From: Candidatus Latescibacterota bacterium
Lineage (GTDB): Bacteria > Latescibacterota > UBA2968 > GCA-2709665
Assembly (NCBI GenBank): GCA_965237675.1
Contig: OZ250150.1
Location: 224,001 to 288,000 of the forward strand
Direction of reading: 5' to 3'
Length of the DNA stretch: 64,000 nucleotides
The notes under the pieces are model-generated. The model worked only from the letters and a program-made list of their open reading frames with translations. It was not told where the DNA came from and did no database searches. Made by a program: the position numbers and the translations under genes. This document shows, piece by piece, positions 32,086 to 41,682 of this stretch. Every line of letters begins with the position of its first letter. Position 1 is the first letter of the stretch.

Positions 32086-33417
32086 ATGGAGCAGCTTGCG
32101 TTCTTGACGGAGGAAAAAATCCGAGAGATCAGGCGCCTGTTTGGCACGCCTGTCTTCGTCTACGACCAGGAGACATTGGAAGCTCGTGCACGGGACGTGT
32201 TGGATTTTCCGAACGCGTACGGATTGACCGCCCGCTACGCGATGAAGGCGTTGCCCGCGGCGGCCGTTGTGAGAATTCTGAACCGGGCGGGGCTGCACAT
32301 CGACGCCAGCAGCGGATACGAAGTGGAACGTGCCATGCGGGGCGGCGTGTCTCCGGAGCAGATCCAGCTCACGGCGCAGAGGATGCCCGGAAACCTGGAG
32401 TACCTGGTGAAACAGGGGGTCATTTTCAACGCCTGTTCGCTGCAGCAACTGCGCTGCTATGGCGAACTGTTTCCGGGCCGATCCGTGACCGTACGAATTA
32501 ATCCCGGTCTCGGGTCGGGGCATAGCAAAAGGACCAATGTGGGTGGACCATCCGCCAGTTTCGGGATCTGGCACGAATATCTGGATGAGGTGCTGGCCAT
32601 TGCAAGGGCCTGCAAATTAAAGATTTCGAGTATGCATACCCACATTGGTTCGGGCAACGATCCCGAGGTCTGGGAACACTGCGCCATGATCTCGCTGCGC
32701 ATTGCCGCCCGCCTGCCGGAGGTGGGGGTGCTGAGCCTGGGCGGCGGGTTTAAGGTGGGGCGTGTGGCGGGGGAGGCGTCTACCGATCTGAAGCGGGTCG
32801 GGTTGCATGTTGTGGAAGCGTTCCGAGCCTTTCGGAGCGAACATGGGCGCGGACTTCGGCTGGAGGTAGAACCGGGCACCTTTCTGGTGGCCAATGCGGG
32901 GGTGCTGATCTGTTCGGTAATCGATTGTGTGGATACCGGCAGCGACGGCTACAACTTCCTGAAAGTGGACGCCGGTATGACCGAGGTATTGCGCATCAGC
33001 CTTTACGGTGCGCAGCACCCGATTGTGGCCGTACCCGCGCAACCGGGGGCGCGACGTCAGCGGGAATATCTCATCGCAGGCCACTGCTGTGAGAGCGGGG
33101 ATGTGCTGACACCGGCGCCGGACGATCCGGAGGGATTGCGGCCCCGGCTGCTTGCCGAGGCGAGGACTGGCGATCTGCTGGCTGTGGGGGGATCCGGCGC
33201 GTACTGTTCCGGCATGGCCTCCAAGAATTACAATTCGTTTCCCGAGGCCGCCGAGGTCCTGCAAGCCCCGGACGGCACGCTGCACCTCATTCGGAAACGG
33301 CAGACGCTGGAACAGATTACGGCAAACGAGGTGATGCCGGATTTTTTGGATGACGGGGCTCACCTAAACCCGCGACGACCTTCGGGCATTGAGCCTGCAC
33401 ACGGAGCCGCTCCATGA
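32086..33417 (+). CDS. lysA: Diaminopimelate decarboxylase
   Basis: FGTPVFVYD, RYAMKA (PLP Lys), DASSGYE, RINPG, HTHIGS, LGGGF, EPG, GHCCESGD, GAY; AAGGAG RBS before ATG 32086. Confidence 0.93.
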   Translation: MEQLAFLTEEKIREIRRLFGTPVFVYDQETLEARARDVLDFPNAYGLTARYAMKALPAAAVVRILNRAGLHIDASSGYEVERAMRGGVSPEQIQLTAQRMPGNLEYLVKQGVIFNACSLQQLRCYGELFPGRSVTVRINPGLGSGHSKRTNVGGPSASFGIWHEYLDEVLAIARACKLKISSMHTHIGSGNDPEVWEHCAMISLRIAARLPEVGVLSLGGGFKVGRVAGEASTDLKRVGLHVVEAFRAFRSEHGRGLRLEVEPGTFLVANAGVLICSVIDCVDTGSDGYNFLKVDAGMTEVLRISLYGAQHPIVAVPAQPGARRQREYLIAGHCCESGDVLTPAPDDPEGLRPRLLAEARTGDLLAVGGSGAYCSGMASKNYNSFPEAAEVLQAPDGTLHLIRKRQTLEQITANEVMPDFLDDGAHLNPRRPSGIEPAHGAAP

Positions 33418-33422
33418 GCCCG

Positions 33423-33521
33423 TACCCTGAGCCTGTCGAAGGGTAGCGAAACGCGGGCATTTCGAAAAGCTCAGCGTCCATATTTCGAAAAACTCAACGA
33501 GACGTTTCGGCAGGCTCAACG
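33423..33521. repeat. Cluster of REP-like CCCTGAGCCTGTCGAAGGG / TTCGACAGGCTCA-type repeats
   Basis: taccctgagcctgtcgaagggta followed by three degenerate inverse copies (ttcgaaaagctca, ttcgaaaaactca, ttcggcaggctca). Confidence 0.65.
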
Positions 33522-33525
33522 ACCG

Positions 33526-33624
33526 CAACGCGGCGAGACGGGATGAACCGGCGCCTGCCTGTGCGTGCTGCCTCACGCACGCAGACAGGGAAGAATGGTG
33601 ACATATTTCCGGGACAGGACACTA
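33526..33624. repeat. Second (partial) copy of the MITE-like element right end
   Basis: 94/99 identical to 28356-28454; no left TIR seen. Confidence 0.85.
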
Positions 33625-34407
33625 CCCGATTCCGCCCACCAGGTAGTCCCAGCACCGGCGTCGGATGTCACGCTCCTTGTAGTGATCGCTCTGAGAAACA
33701 CCGAGTGGATTGCCAAACGTCAGGATATTGTTGACATCGCCTGCCTTCTCGCGCAGGTTCCAGTCCCGACGGCCGTCGAGCGCGTCGGGATCGTGGTTCC
33801 ACGTGGGCCGGGTGTTGTCTTCCGTGCGGTGAAAGAGGAATTTGATCATGTGGCGTTTGGCCCCGGAACGGTTGGCAGCCGTGCCGTGCCAGAGATCGTA
33901 ATGGGTGAAAGCCAAGGTGCCCGCTTTGACCGTAAGGGAGATCTGTCCGCGGATGTTGGTATAGGTGGCCATGCGGTCTGTGGGCGCGTTGCGGAAATGA
34001 GTACCGGGTACAATCACGGTAGGGCCCATGTCTCCTGTCACGTCGCGTGGATAGTAGAGGCCCAGGAAGCGGTTAAGGCGGATGTCCCGTTTGTTGGTGC
34101 TGTCCTGGTGCCACTGCATGTAACCTGACCCCGGCTGTTTGCAATGCCAGTGACGGTGGGATTGAACCTCGTACCCCGGGCCTAGCAGGCTGATGAGGAC
34201 GCCCTTTACAACCGGATGGTCAAGAACCTGCCAGAGTTCGGGCACGGTATCGGTGACGGCGTCGCCGGGATTCTGGTCCAATGCGTCCAGTTGTCCGGCG
34301 ATGCGATCGTTTAGTCCATCTGGCAGGTCGGGTCGCGCGATATGGTAGCCGGTGACGAGGAACTGCGCTACCTCGAAGTCGGTGAGCAGGTGACATTTAC
34401 GGGTCAT
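33622..34407 (-). CDS. Phytanoyl-CoA dioxygenase (PhyH) family Fe/2OG enzyme
   Basis: WHQD, MGPTVIVPGTH, DLWHG...NRS...R; ATG 34407 overlaps the upstream gene. Confidence 0.88.
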   Translation of the reverse strand: MTRKCHLLTDFEVAQFLVTGYHIARPDLPDGLNDRIAGQLDALDQNPGDAVTDTVPELWQVLDHPVVKGVLISLLGPGYEVQSHRHWHCKQPGSGYMQWHQDSTNKRDIRLNRFLGLYYPRDVTGDMGPTVIVPGTHFRNAPTDRMATYTNIRGQISLTVKAGTLAFTHYDLWHGTAANRSGAKRHMIKFLFHRTEDNTRPTWNHDPDALDGRRDWNLREKAGDVNNILTFGNPLGVSQSDHYKERDIRRRCWDYLVGGIG

Positions 34408-34702
34408 GGACGACCTCCATTTTTTGAAGGATGAACTCGTAGCCCACCACGTCCAGATTGGTATCGTCATACGGCGCCTGCAGGTGCGGGAATTGCACGA
34501 TCTGCCAACCGTCTACCAGAGCGTCGTGCACGGTTTGATAGGGCCATTCCTCTTCACTGGCGGTGATTTCCGCCTGGAAACCCCGGACCGGTTCGATCAG
34601 CGTGAAACCCAGGATGGCTGAAAAAACGCTGGGGGTCCGCGCGTGCAGGTAAAGCAGGCGCTGACGTGGCAGCGTGGATGGACTGAATGTCGCGATTTTC
34701 AT
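34397..34702 (-). CDS. Small hypothetical protein coupled to the PhyH gene
   Basis: 101-aa ORF with GAGGAG RBS; RQRLLYL...PYQTV.DAL.DGWQI...YEFILQK; overlaps the next start. Confidence 0.7.
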   Translation of the reverse strand: MKIATFSPSTLPRQRLLYLHARTPSVFSAILGFTLIEPVRGFQAEITASEEEWPYQTVHDALVDGWQIVQFPHLQAPYDDTNLDVVGYEFILQKMEVVHDP

Positions 34703-34839
34703 GTGCTTCGCGCTCCTCTGAGAAGACGCCGCTCCCTTTCCTCGTCCAACCTTCGTTTGGACAATCTACCTCCAAAACAGCTGCATAGCCCCATTGACTC
34801 TTGCCCCGAACGGATGGAACCTGCTGTCCGCGTTTCGTA

Positions 34840-36699
34840 TTATTCGGAAACCCGGTAGCTGTAGAGATGGGATCCGCTGCCGAAGTAGATATGGCCGTCG
34901 AGGATGTCTCCTCCCGGACCGATAGATACGGGCGATTCCGCCAGCATCCGTATGGCGTATGTATCGGGTTCCACAATGGCGATGCCCTTTGTGAAGAGGA
35001 TGTAGACGGCGCCGTCCGGCGCCGTGACAAACACCCTCGGGCCCTGTTGCGATGTCGTGGGACCGAACTCGGATTCGAGATCGTGCTGGTGGACCACCCT
35101 TCTGCCGCCGGGATCGAAGACGAAAAAGCGCCTGCGGTCGGCAATGCCGTAGACGACACCCTGCGGTCCTGAACACATGTCGGTATACCCCTGCACGCCA
35201 GGGAAGACGACCCCGTGCCAATCGAGTTGTCTCGTGGCCATGTCCATGATATAAAGCTCCGCCTCTTCGGCCTTCTGTTCACCGCCGGTGCCGGGGCTTG
35301 TCGTGGTGCCACCCAGAAGCCTGTTGTCGGGCAGGGGAACCAGGCTCATGGTGGATTGATCGGGCAGGATATCGGTGTGTTCGAGCAGGGTGTGCTCACG
35401 GGTCTGCCTGTCCCAGAATAGCATGCCGCCCCCGGTAAGCCCGTACCCGGGGGTGCCGGCGAGGACGACGGTTCTTCCATCCGGATGGGCAAGCAGCATG
35501 TGGGGGCGGTTGATGACCTCGTGGCATTCGTATAGCAGTTCCGGGTTGCAACCGGCTTTGTCTCGCTCGGTGTGTACCCATGGTTTGGCGGGGTCCCATT
35601 CTTCCAGCAGGCCGTGCGTGTATGCGCCGACAAAGAACATGTCGCCCTCTCTGGCAACGGTATTCCATTGCCCCAGGGCCGGGCGGTTGATCCAACTGGC
35701 GGTATCCGGATTGAAGCTGAAAAAATGCATGGGGAAGGCGGTGCCGCCGCAGATGGTGTTGTCCGGAGCCGTGGCCACGCCCATCATGTGAGCGCCCTCG
35801 CTTGTGTAGTCGAAGGAAACTTCGCGGGTTGCGCCGGTTCGGGGATCCTCGACGGCCAGTCTGCGGTCGACCAGGCTGCAGGCCACCATGCGTTTCCCAT
35901 CCGGAAAATCGGTGTGGAAGAGACCCTGGCTGCCGGCAATAAAGGGTTTCTCGCGTCTGTTCTCAATTTTGCCGACATCCGTTCGCACACCGCGGTACAG
36001 TTCCATCCAGCCGTCCTCGGAACCGCCGTTTGTATGACCGTAGACCTTCCCGTTCAGGTCGCGGTACACAGGGGCGTGGGCCTGGGTTCGTTCGTCTTCT
36101 GCAAGAAGAGGTTCCGCTTTGCCGGTTTCCGGGTCCAGGGAGATAATCTGGCTGGCCGTGCTGCCCGCCCCGAAATATATCCAGCCGGTATCGTCAGCGG
36201 CGATGGCGCGGGGATACTGCCGCCAGTTCTGATCGTATAGATTGCCGTAGTCCCGAAATTCGCCCGTGTGGGGATTATAGGAAGCCACCGCACTGTTCGG
36301 GTACGTCCCTGACCAGATGCGGCCGTCGTCGTCTTCGGTCATGCTCATGGCCATCTGGGGCACGGTTTTGTGGTGGAAGGTGAATGCGCGCTTTTCCGGG
36401 TCGAATTCCACAAAGTGGCTGTTGAAGTGGGTGTAATACCTGTTTCGGCTGGACAGGATAGCGGCAAACGGGCCGTCGCCGCCCGGCGGATAGGGCATGG
36501 GGAATTCTTCACTATTTCCGGTTTCCGCATCGATCATCAGGAGGGCGTACCCGCCCCGGTTGTCATAAAGCCAGATCAGGACTACGTTGCGGCCCGCGCC
36601 GTCCACGGTAACGGCGGTGCCCCGGTGGTTGCTGATGGGGGTCGCTACGCCGTGGTGGAAAAAGCCGTTGCCCATCGCTTCGGTGCTGGAACCAGACAT
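34840..36699 (-). CDS. Beta-propeller repeat protein
   Basis: Repeated DG.IW.GT / DG..YFG / ..FDP.T blades; GGAGG RBS. Confidence 0.8.
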   Translation of the reverse strand: MSGSSTEAMGNGFFHHGVATPISNHRGTAVTVDGAGRNVVLIWLYDNRGGYALLMIDAETGNSEEFPMPYPPGGDGPFAAILSSRNRYYTHFNSHFVEFDPEKRAFTFHHKTVPQMAMSMTEDDDGRIWSGTYPNSAVASYNPHTGEFRDYGNLYDQNWRQYPRAIAADDTGWIYFGAGSTASQIISLDPETGKAEPLLAEDERTQAHAPVYRDLNGKVYGHTNGGSEDGWMELYRGVRTDVGKIENRREKPFIAGSQGLFHTDFPDGKRMVACSLVDRRLAVEDPRTGATREVSFDYTSEGAHMMGVATAPDNTICGGTAFPMHFFSFNPDTASWINRPALGQWNTVAREGDMFFVGAYTHGLLEEWDPAKPWVHTERDKAGCNPELLYECHEVINRPHMLLAHPDGRTVVLAGTPGYGLTGGGMLFWDRQTREHTLLEHTDILPDQSTMSLVPLPDNRLLGGTTTSPGTGGEQKAEEAELYIMDMATRQLDWHGVVFPGVQGYTDMCSGPQGVVYGIADRRRFFVFDPGGRRVVHQHDLESEFGPTTSQQGPRVFVTAPDGAVYILFTKGIAIVEPDTYAIRMLAESPVSIGPGGDILDGHIYFGSGSHLYSYRVSE

Positions 36700-36874
36700 G
36701 GGTTGACCTCCGTTGGGAATTCGTAAGTGATGCGGGGGCGGAAGAATCAGGAGAAGGGGCTTGGTTCAGCGACTTGAACCAATATACGCCGTAGAAACGG
36801 AAGGGAAAAGCCAAATTCAGACGACGACCCACAGCGAATATTACGACTGATCGTCCGAGTACCGCTTTCCCGAT

Positions 36875-37664
36875 TCAGGAACCGGAAGACCTGACCGGCA
36901 TCAGGGCGGCGAGGGGCTCGGAGATCTCGTAGACGCTGTCGACCGCCAGGTCGTGGTTGAAGAGTTTTCTTTCTTTTTCGGCCCGCAGTTGCAGACGCTC
37001 CATATGAAATTCCAGCACGTCGGAGGGAACGGGCACCGCGGCCGGGTCCAGGAAACGAAGATAACCGTCCGTGTCCTGGACCAGGTGCGGGTCTGGCCGA
37101 GTTCGAGGCCGTAGTTGCGAACCCCCTGCGCCGCTGCAAGCAGCAAATCAAGAATGCAGATTGTGATGGCGATTGACGGCGGAATGTTGGTGCCGGTCAG
37201 GAATCCGGGTTGACGGCGGTGCAGTTCGATGCCCCGTTCGAGATACAGCGCCGCGAGACGGTCCAGGTACTGGTAGTTGCGGATGCCGTCTTCAATGGAC
37301 ATCTCCTTCGTATATGACACGTTATACGCGATTCCCGACCCGAGATATCCGGTGTAGCCCGCCGCGAAGCCGATTTCGGACGTGAGCTTCGGCATTGCCG
37401 TTCCCGACAGCACAATGGCGGGTTTGTCAATGGCGTGAATCAGACGGCGGCAGGAAGATATGCCGTAGTTGACAATCGGGAGACCGTTCAACATGGAGCG
37501 GCCGGCCCGTGGCTGGGTCAGGCACCGGTCTTCAGCCGCTGCCCGCCGCAGAACCGGCGCAAGTTGTTTGTGCCGCGGCAGGCTTCGGTGAAAGGCGACG
37601 GCTTCGTCGAGGTCCACCTTTGAGCCAGTGGGCCAGCGGGCGAGATTCTCGCGGCGCAGGCGGT
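36875..37664 (-). pseudogene. glmE: Glutamate (methylaspartate) mutase E subunit remnant with internal deletions and frameshift
   Basis: RWPTGSKVDLDEAV, QPRAG|RSMLNGLPIVNYG, GI.YNV.Y.K, YQYLDRL; C-terminus (GYLRFLD...VYEIS) in another frame; no start codon. Confidence 0.85.
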
Positions 37665-37850
37665 CAACTCGCGTACCAGGCCCTCGTAATCAGCCGAAGT
37701 CCACCGGCCGCACTGCTGCAGGCCAGCCTGTAGCGGTAGCGTGGCTGTTTGGGCAGACGTCGGTGCAGAATCTGGAGGGCATCGGTGAATCCCAGCGAAA
37801 CGTCGGATTCGACCGTCGAGGGCGCCTGACCGGATCCCAGAAGTCGACCC
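37660..37850 (-). pseudogene. glmL: Internal fragment of glutamate mutase accessory protein GlmL/MutL
   Basis: RLLGSGQAPSTVESDV..G...ACSSAAGGLRL, then frameshifted GLVRELTA. Confidence 0.75.
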
Positions 37851-38191
37851 CTGTCCAGAAATCGCCGCTCCACTTCGCGCCAGTCCTGTTTTCCCACAAC
37901 GACGTTACCACCGACGTAGATCAGAATACCTCCGATTCCCGCTTCGATACAGATATCGCGAAAGCCGCGGCAGTCGAGTTCGCCCTGTCCGTACAACGAG
38001 GAAACCAGGATGGCGTCGGCATCGGTTTCGACCGCCGCGTTGACGAATTCAATGGACGGCGTGAGGGCGCCAAGCGACACAACGTCGTATCCCGCCTTCT
38101 CCAGGGCCATGCTGAGAATACGGGTGCCCACGATGTGGCAATCCGATCCAATCACGCCGGTGATCAAAGTTTTCGATTCACTGGACTGCAT
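37850..38191 (-). pseudogene. glmS: Glutamate mutase S (B12-binding) subunit, C-terminally truncated and fused to the glmL fragment
   Basis: GVIGSDCHIVG (DxHxxG), AVETDADAILVSSLYGQG, YVGGNVVVG; terminal DRVY... segment missing. Confidence 0.85.
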
Positions 38192-38242
38192 CGTGCGTGA
38201 AGTCTCTCACTACAAAGTCAGGTTGGCCCGCAGGCGGGCGTT

Positions 38243-39454
38243 TTACCTATGCCGCTGCGCCCATCGGCGCACGACGCGGCTCAACTGCTGAAGACGAATC
38301 TGCCCTACCTCAGGATACACCGGAAGAAACAGCAGGTGCCGCTGCAGGTCCATCGCGCAGATTGACATCTGGCCCGGAAATTCCCGACTGGACCGAACCA
38401 CGCATAGCGACGGCGGCCACAGATGTCCGTCGAAACCGGCTTCCCAGAGCCGCCGGCACAGGTCTGCAGCATTGCCGACCCGAACAACGAAGAGCCAGTA
38501 GGAGTGTTCCGCCCCGTGGCCCGGGTAGCAGAGGTCCGGAACCCTGCGGTGAAACGCCATGGCCTCCGGCCGGCAGCCGGTCCGCTCCAGGGCGTTCGAG
38601 CGCATGCGCCTCGAAAGTAGCGCCAAGAGGGCGCCGCACGGCTGACGGCGGATTTTTTTAAGCATTTCCAGCCCTCTGAAACTCCGCGTGGCCCGGTAGC
38701 TCACGGTATCGTGCGACCTGCCAAACAGATGGCACATCGCACACAGAAGGGTATAGGGTCCCGGCCTGCTGAGCAGGAGAACGACGCCGTATTTTGCCAG
38801 GCGCATGAAAAACCGCCCCTTGCTCTGTTCAGGATAGCCGTTATGCAGCCGCCGGACTCTGTCTCGCAGGACGGGATCGTCCACAAAAAGAAGGCCGCCC
38901 CCCAGGGCCGTGTTGTATTTGCTGGGGCCGAAACTGAACAGGCGCACGTGGCTGCCGGGGTGGCCGGTATAGCCGTCGCCCCAATAAGCCTGTGCGCAGT
39001 CTTCCAACAGCACCAGGCCGTGCCGCCCGGCGAAGCTCACCAGGGGATCCATGGGGATGCGGGCGCCGAATAAATGTGTTGCCAGCAGGGCAACGGTCCT
39101 GGGAGTGAGTCCGCTCTTCAGGCTCTCCGGATCGGGCGCGAGCGTGAGTGGATCCAGATCGACCGGCACGGGCACCAGGCCGTGGGCCCGGATGATTTCC
39201 AGCATGTCGGGAATGGTGATAGCCGACACCAGAATGTGGGACCCGCGCGGGAATCGGGCGGCCTGGAGATAGGCATCGAAGCCGCTGCGAAGCGAGAGAA
39301 AAAACTGCGCCTGGTCGGGGGCGCCGGTGCTCTCCCGGCAGGCAGAATGGCCTACCGCACGCCCGTCACTCACCAGGCATTGGCTCATGCCGAAAAGGAG
39401 ATCGCGCCAGCCGACATCCAATCTTTTTCGAGGAACCATGGCCGATTCACTCAT
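38243..39454 (-). CDS. DegT/DnrJ/EryC1/StrS-like PLP-dependent enzyme
   Basis: PVPVDLD, THLFG, LEDCAQ, FSFGPSK...GGG, LFLPVYP. Confidence 0.85.
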   Translation of the reverse strand: MSESAMVPRKRLDVGWRDLLFGMSQCLVSDGRAVGHSACRESTGAPDQAQFFLSLRSGFDAYLQAARFPRGSHILVSAITIPDMLEIIRAHGLVPVPVDLDPLTLAPDPESLKSGLTPRTVALLATHLFGARIPMDPLVSFAGRHGLVLLEDCAQAYWGDGYTGHPGSHVRLFSFGPSKYNTALGGGLLFVDDPVLRDRVRRLHNGYPEQSKGRFFMRLAKYGVVLLLSRPGPYTLLCAMCHLFGRSHDTVSYRATRSFRGLEMLKKIRRQPCGALLALLSRRMRSNALERTGCRPEAMAFHRRVPDLCYPGHGAEHSYWLFVVRVGNAADLCRRLWEAGFDGHLWPPSLCVVRSSREFPGQMSICAMDLQRHLLFLPVYPEVGQIRLQQLSRVVRRWAQRHR

Positions 39455-39790
39455 TCGCCGGCGCGGGCGGGTAGGATGGGGCGTTGTGGGGGAACTGACT
39501 CCGCATTGGGCAAACGCCTTGTGGGGTTGTGCCTGAGGTCCCTGCCCCGAAAAATCATACATCCTCGCAGCATGCGAACTTAAATTCGGATTCCCTCCAT
39601 AATAGCCATTTCCACTTATTTACTGCAACACATTATTTAACTTCGATATCGCAACGCGTGGGCGCACACGGGCGCCATTGCCGACCCGGAAACTACGATC
39701 GCAGACGCGTTTCTTCCGGCGCGTCTTCTCGTCCCGTGAGAACGATCGTATACAATGGCCCTTACGAGAGCATTTGTTGGCTTTCCGACA

Positions 39791-40618
39791 TCAGACTGGC
39801 TCCTGGTCGACCGACGCTTCGACCGGCTCGCCTCCGCGTTTTACCATCTGATTGAACCAACGCAAACCGACTACTGCGAGGATGATGCCGCACACGTTCA
39901 GCCACCACGGAAGGAACACCAGGTGATTGAAATCATCCATAGGCCCGAGTATCTCGTAGCGCGCAACCATGAGGAAAAGGAAATTATGCAGCGCATGACC
40001 CGCAATCGCGGGGATCAGCGAACCGGTTTGAATCACCCACCGGGCAAATACAATTCCCACGATAAGGGGCCCGGGAAATTGCCATGGATTCATATGAAAA
40101 ACAGCGAACAGGAATGCCGACCAGAAAATGGCGCGTTTCCGGGTTTGGTGGGCCAACAAGCCAATCAGTATGACACTTCTAAACAGCACTTCTTCGGTAA
40201 GCGGCGCCTGGACCGCCAGGTTATAGAAGGCGAAAGTGTACGGCGTTTCTTTCCACACCAGTTCTCGGAATATCTTGACTATCGGTTCGGGCATCGGAAT
40301 CAGGTAATGTACCGCGCTTTCCACGATGGATATAGCGATCGACAGGCCAACAATGGAAACCGCAAGGGGCAGGTACAATCCCCAGGGTACCGTTCTGAAG
40401 AGCAGGATATTGGGCCAGGTCCGATCGGTTCGCCGCTGTGCGTACACGATCACCAGAACGAGACTGACCAATGACACGAAGCTATTCACATAGAGAATGG
40501 AGAGCGGATCCTGGTCTAGAATCGTGCCGAGGAGGTAAAGAAGCAACGATGATCCCGCAATGATCAGGTAAAATAGAACCACCAGCCAAATGGATTGCTT
40601 CAGATTCGGATACGCCAT
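39791..40618 (-). CDS. CPBP/Abi (type II CAAX) intramembrane protease, copy 1
   Basis: EEVLFR, FAVFH, HALHN motifs; multiple TM helices; GGAGG RBS. Confidence 0.92.
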   Translation of the reverse strand: MAYPNLKQSIWLVVLFYLIIAGSSLLLYLLGTILDQDPLSILYVNSFVSLVSLVLVIVYAQRRTDRTWPNILLFRTVPWGLYLPLAVSIVGLSIAISIVESAVHYLIPMPEPIVKIFRELVWKETPYTFAFYNLAVQAPLTEEVLFRSVILIGLLAHQTRKRAIFWSAFLFAVFHMNPWQFPGPLIVGIVFARWVIQTGSLIPAIAGHALHNFLFLMVARYEILGPMDDFNHLVFLPWWLNVCGIILAVVGLRWFNQMVKRGGEPVEASVDQEPV

Positions 40619-40702
40619 GTATGGCCTCCCATTTAAACGATCAGCTGTCCGTACATCAATCGATCCGGATCCCCGGCGAGGGTCGTTTGAGGGGTTCCGC
40701 CA

Positions 40703-41530
40703 TCAGACATGCTCCCGTTCTGCTAGCGTTTCGACCTGCTCGCCTTTGCTTTTTGCCATCTCATTGAACCACCACAAACCGACTACTGCGAGGATGATGC
40801 CGCACACGTTCAGCCACCACGGAAGGCATGCCAGATTATTGAAATCATCCAAAGGCCCGAATATTTCGTAGCGCGCAACCATGAGGAAAAGGAAATTATT
40901 CAGCGCATGGCCCGCAATCGCGGGCAGCAGCGAACCGGTCTGAATGACCCACCAGGCAAATACAATTCCCAATACAAGGGCGGCGGGAATCTGCCACGGA
41001 TTCAAATGAAATAGAGCGAACAGGAATGCCGACCAGAAAATAGCCCGTTTCCGGGTCTGGTGGGCCAGCAAGCCAATCAGAATGACACCCCTGAATAGCA
41101 CTTCTTCCGTAAACGGCGGCTGGACCGCAAGGTTATAAAAAGCGTAAGCATAGGGCGTTTCTTTCCACACCAGTTCTCGGAATATCTTGACTATCGGTTC
41201 GGGCATCGGAATCAGGTAATGTACCGCGCTTTCCACGATGGATATAGCGATCGACAGGCCAACAATGGAAACCGCAAGGGGCAGGTACAATCCCCAGGGT
41301 ACCGTTCTGAAGAGCAGGATATTGGGCCAGGTCCGATCGGTTCGCCGCTGTGCGTACACGATCACCAGAACGAGACTGACCAATGACACGAAGCTATTCA
41401 CATAGAGAATGGAGAGCAGATCCTGGTCTAGAATCGTGCCGAGGAGGTAAAGAAGCAACGATGATCCCGCAATGATCAGGTAAGATAGTACCAGCAGCCA
41501 GACGGATTGCTTAAGATTCGGATACGCCAT
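40703..41530 (-). CDS. CPBP/Abi intramembrane protease, copy 2
   Basis: EEVLFRG, FALFH, HALNN. Confidence 0.92.
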   Translation of the reverse strand: MAYPNLKQSVWLLVLSYLIIAGSSLLLYLLGTILDQDLLSILYVNSFVSLVSLVLVIVYAQRRTDRTWPNILLFRTVPWGLYLPLAVSIVGLSIAISIVESAVHYLIPMPEPIVKIFRELVWKETPYAYAFYNLAVQPPFTEEVLFRGVILIGLLAHQTRKRAIFWSAFLFALFHLNPWQIPAALVLGIVFAWWVIQTGSLLPAIAGHALNNFLFLMVARYEIFGPLDDFNNLACLPWWLNVCGIILAVVGLWWFNEMAKSKGEQVETLAEREHV

Positions 41531-41682
41531 TTATGGCCTCCCATTTGAACGTTGAGATGTGAACACATTCAACGTTCCGTATACCAGTACGCGGCCCGCG
41601 TTGAATCCCTTTCTTTCTATAGGATTCAATCTTCATGCATCAGCTGATTGTACATCTGATATTGGATACCAGAGCAGTGCCC

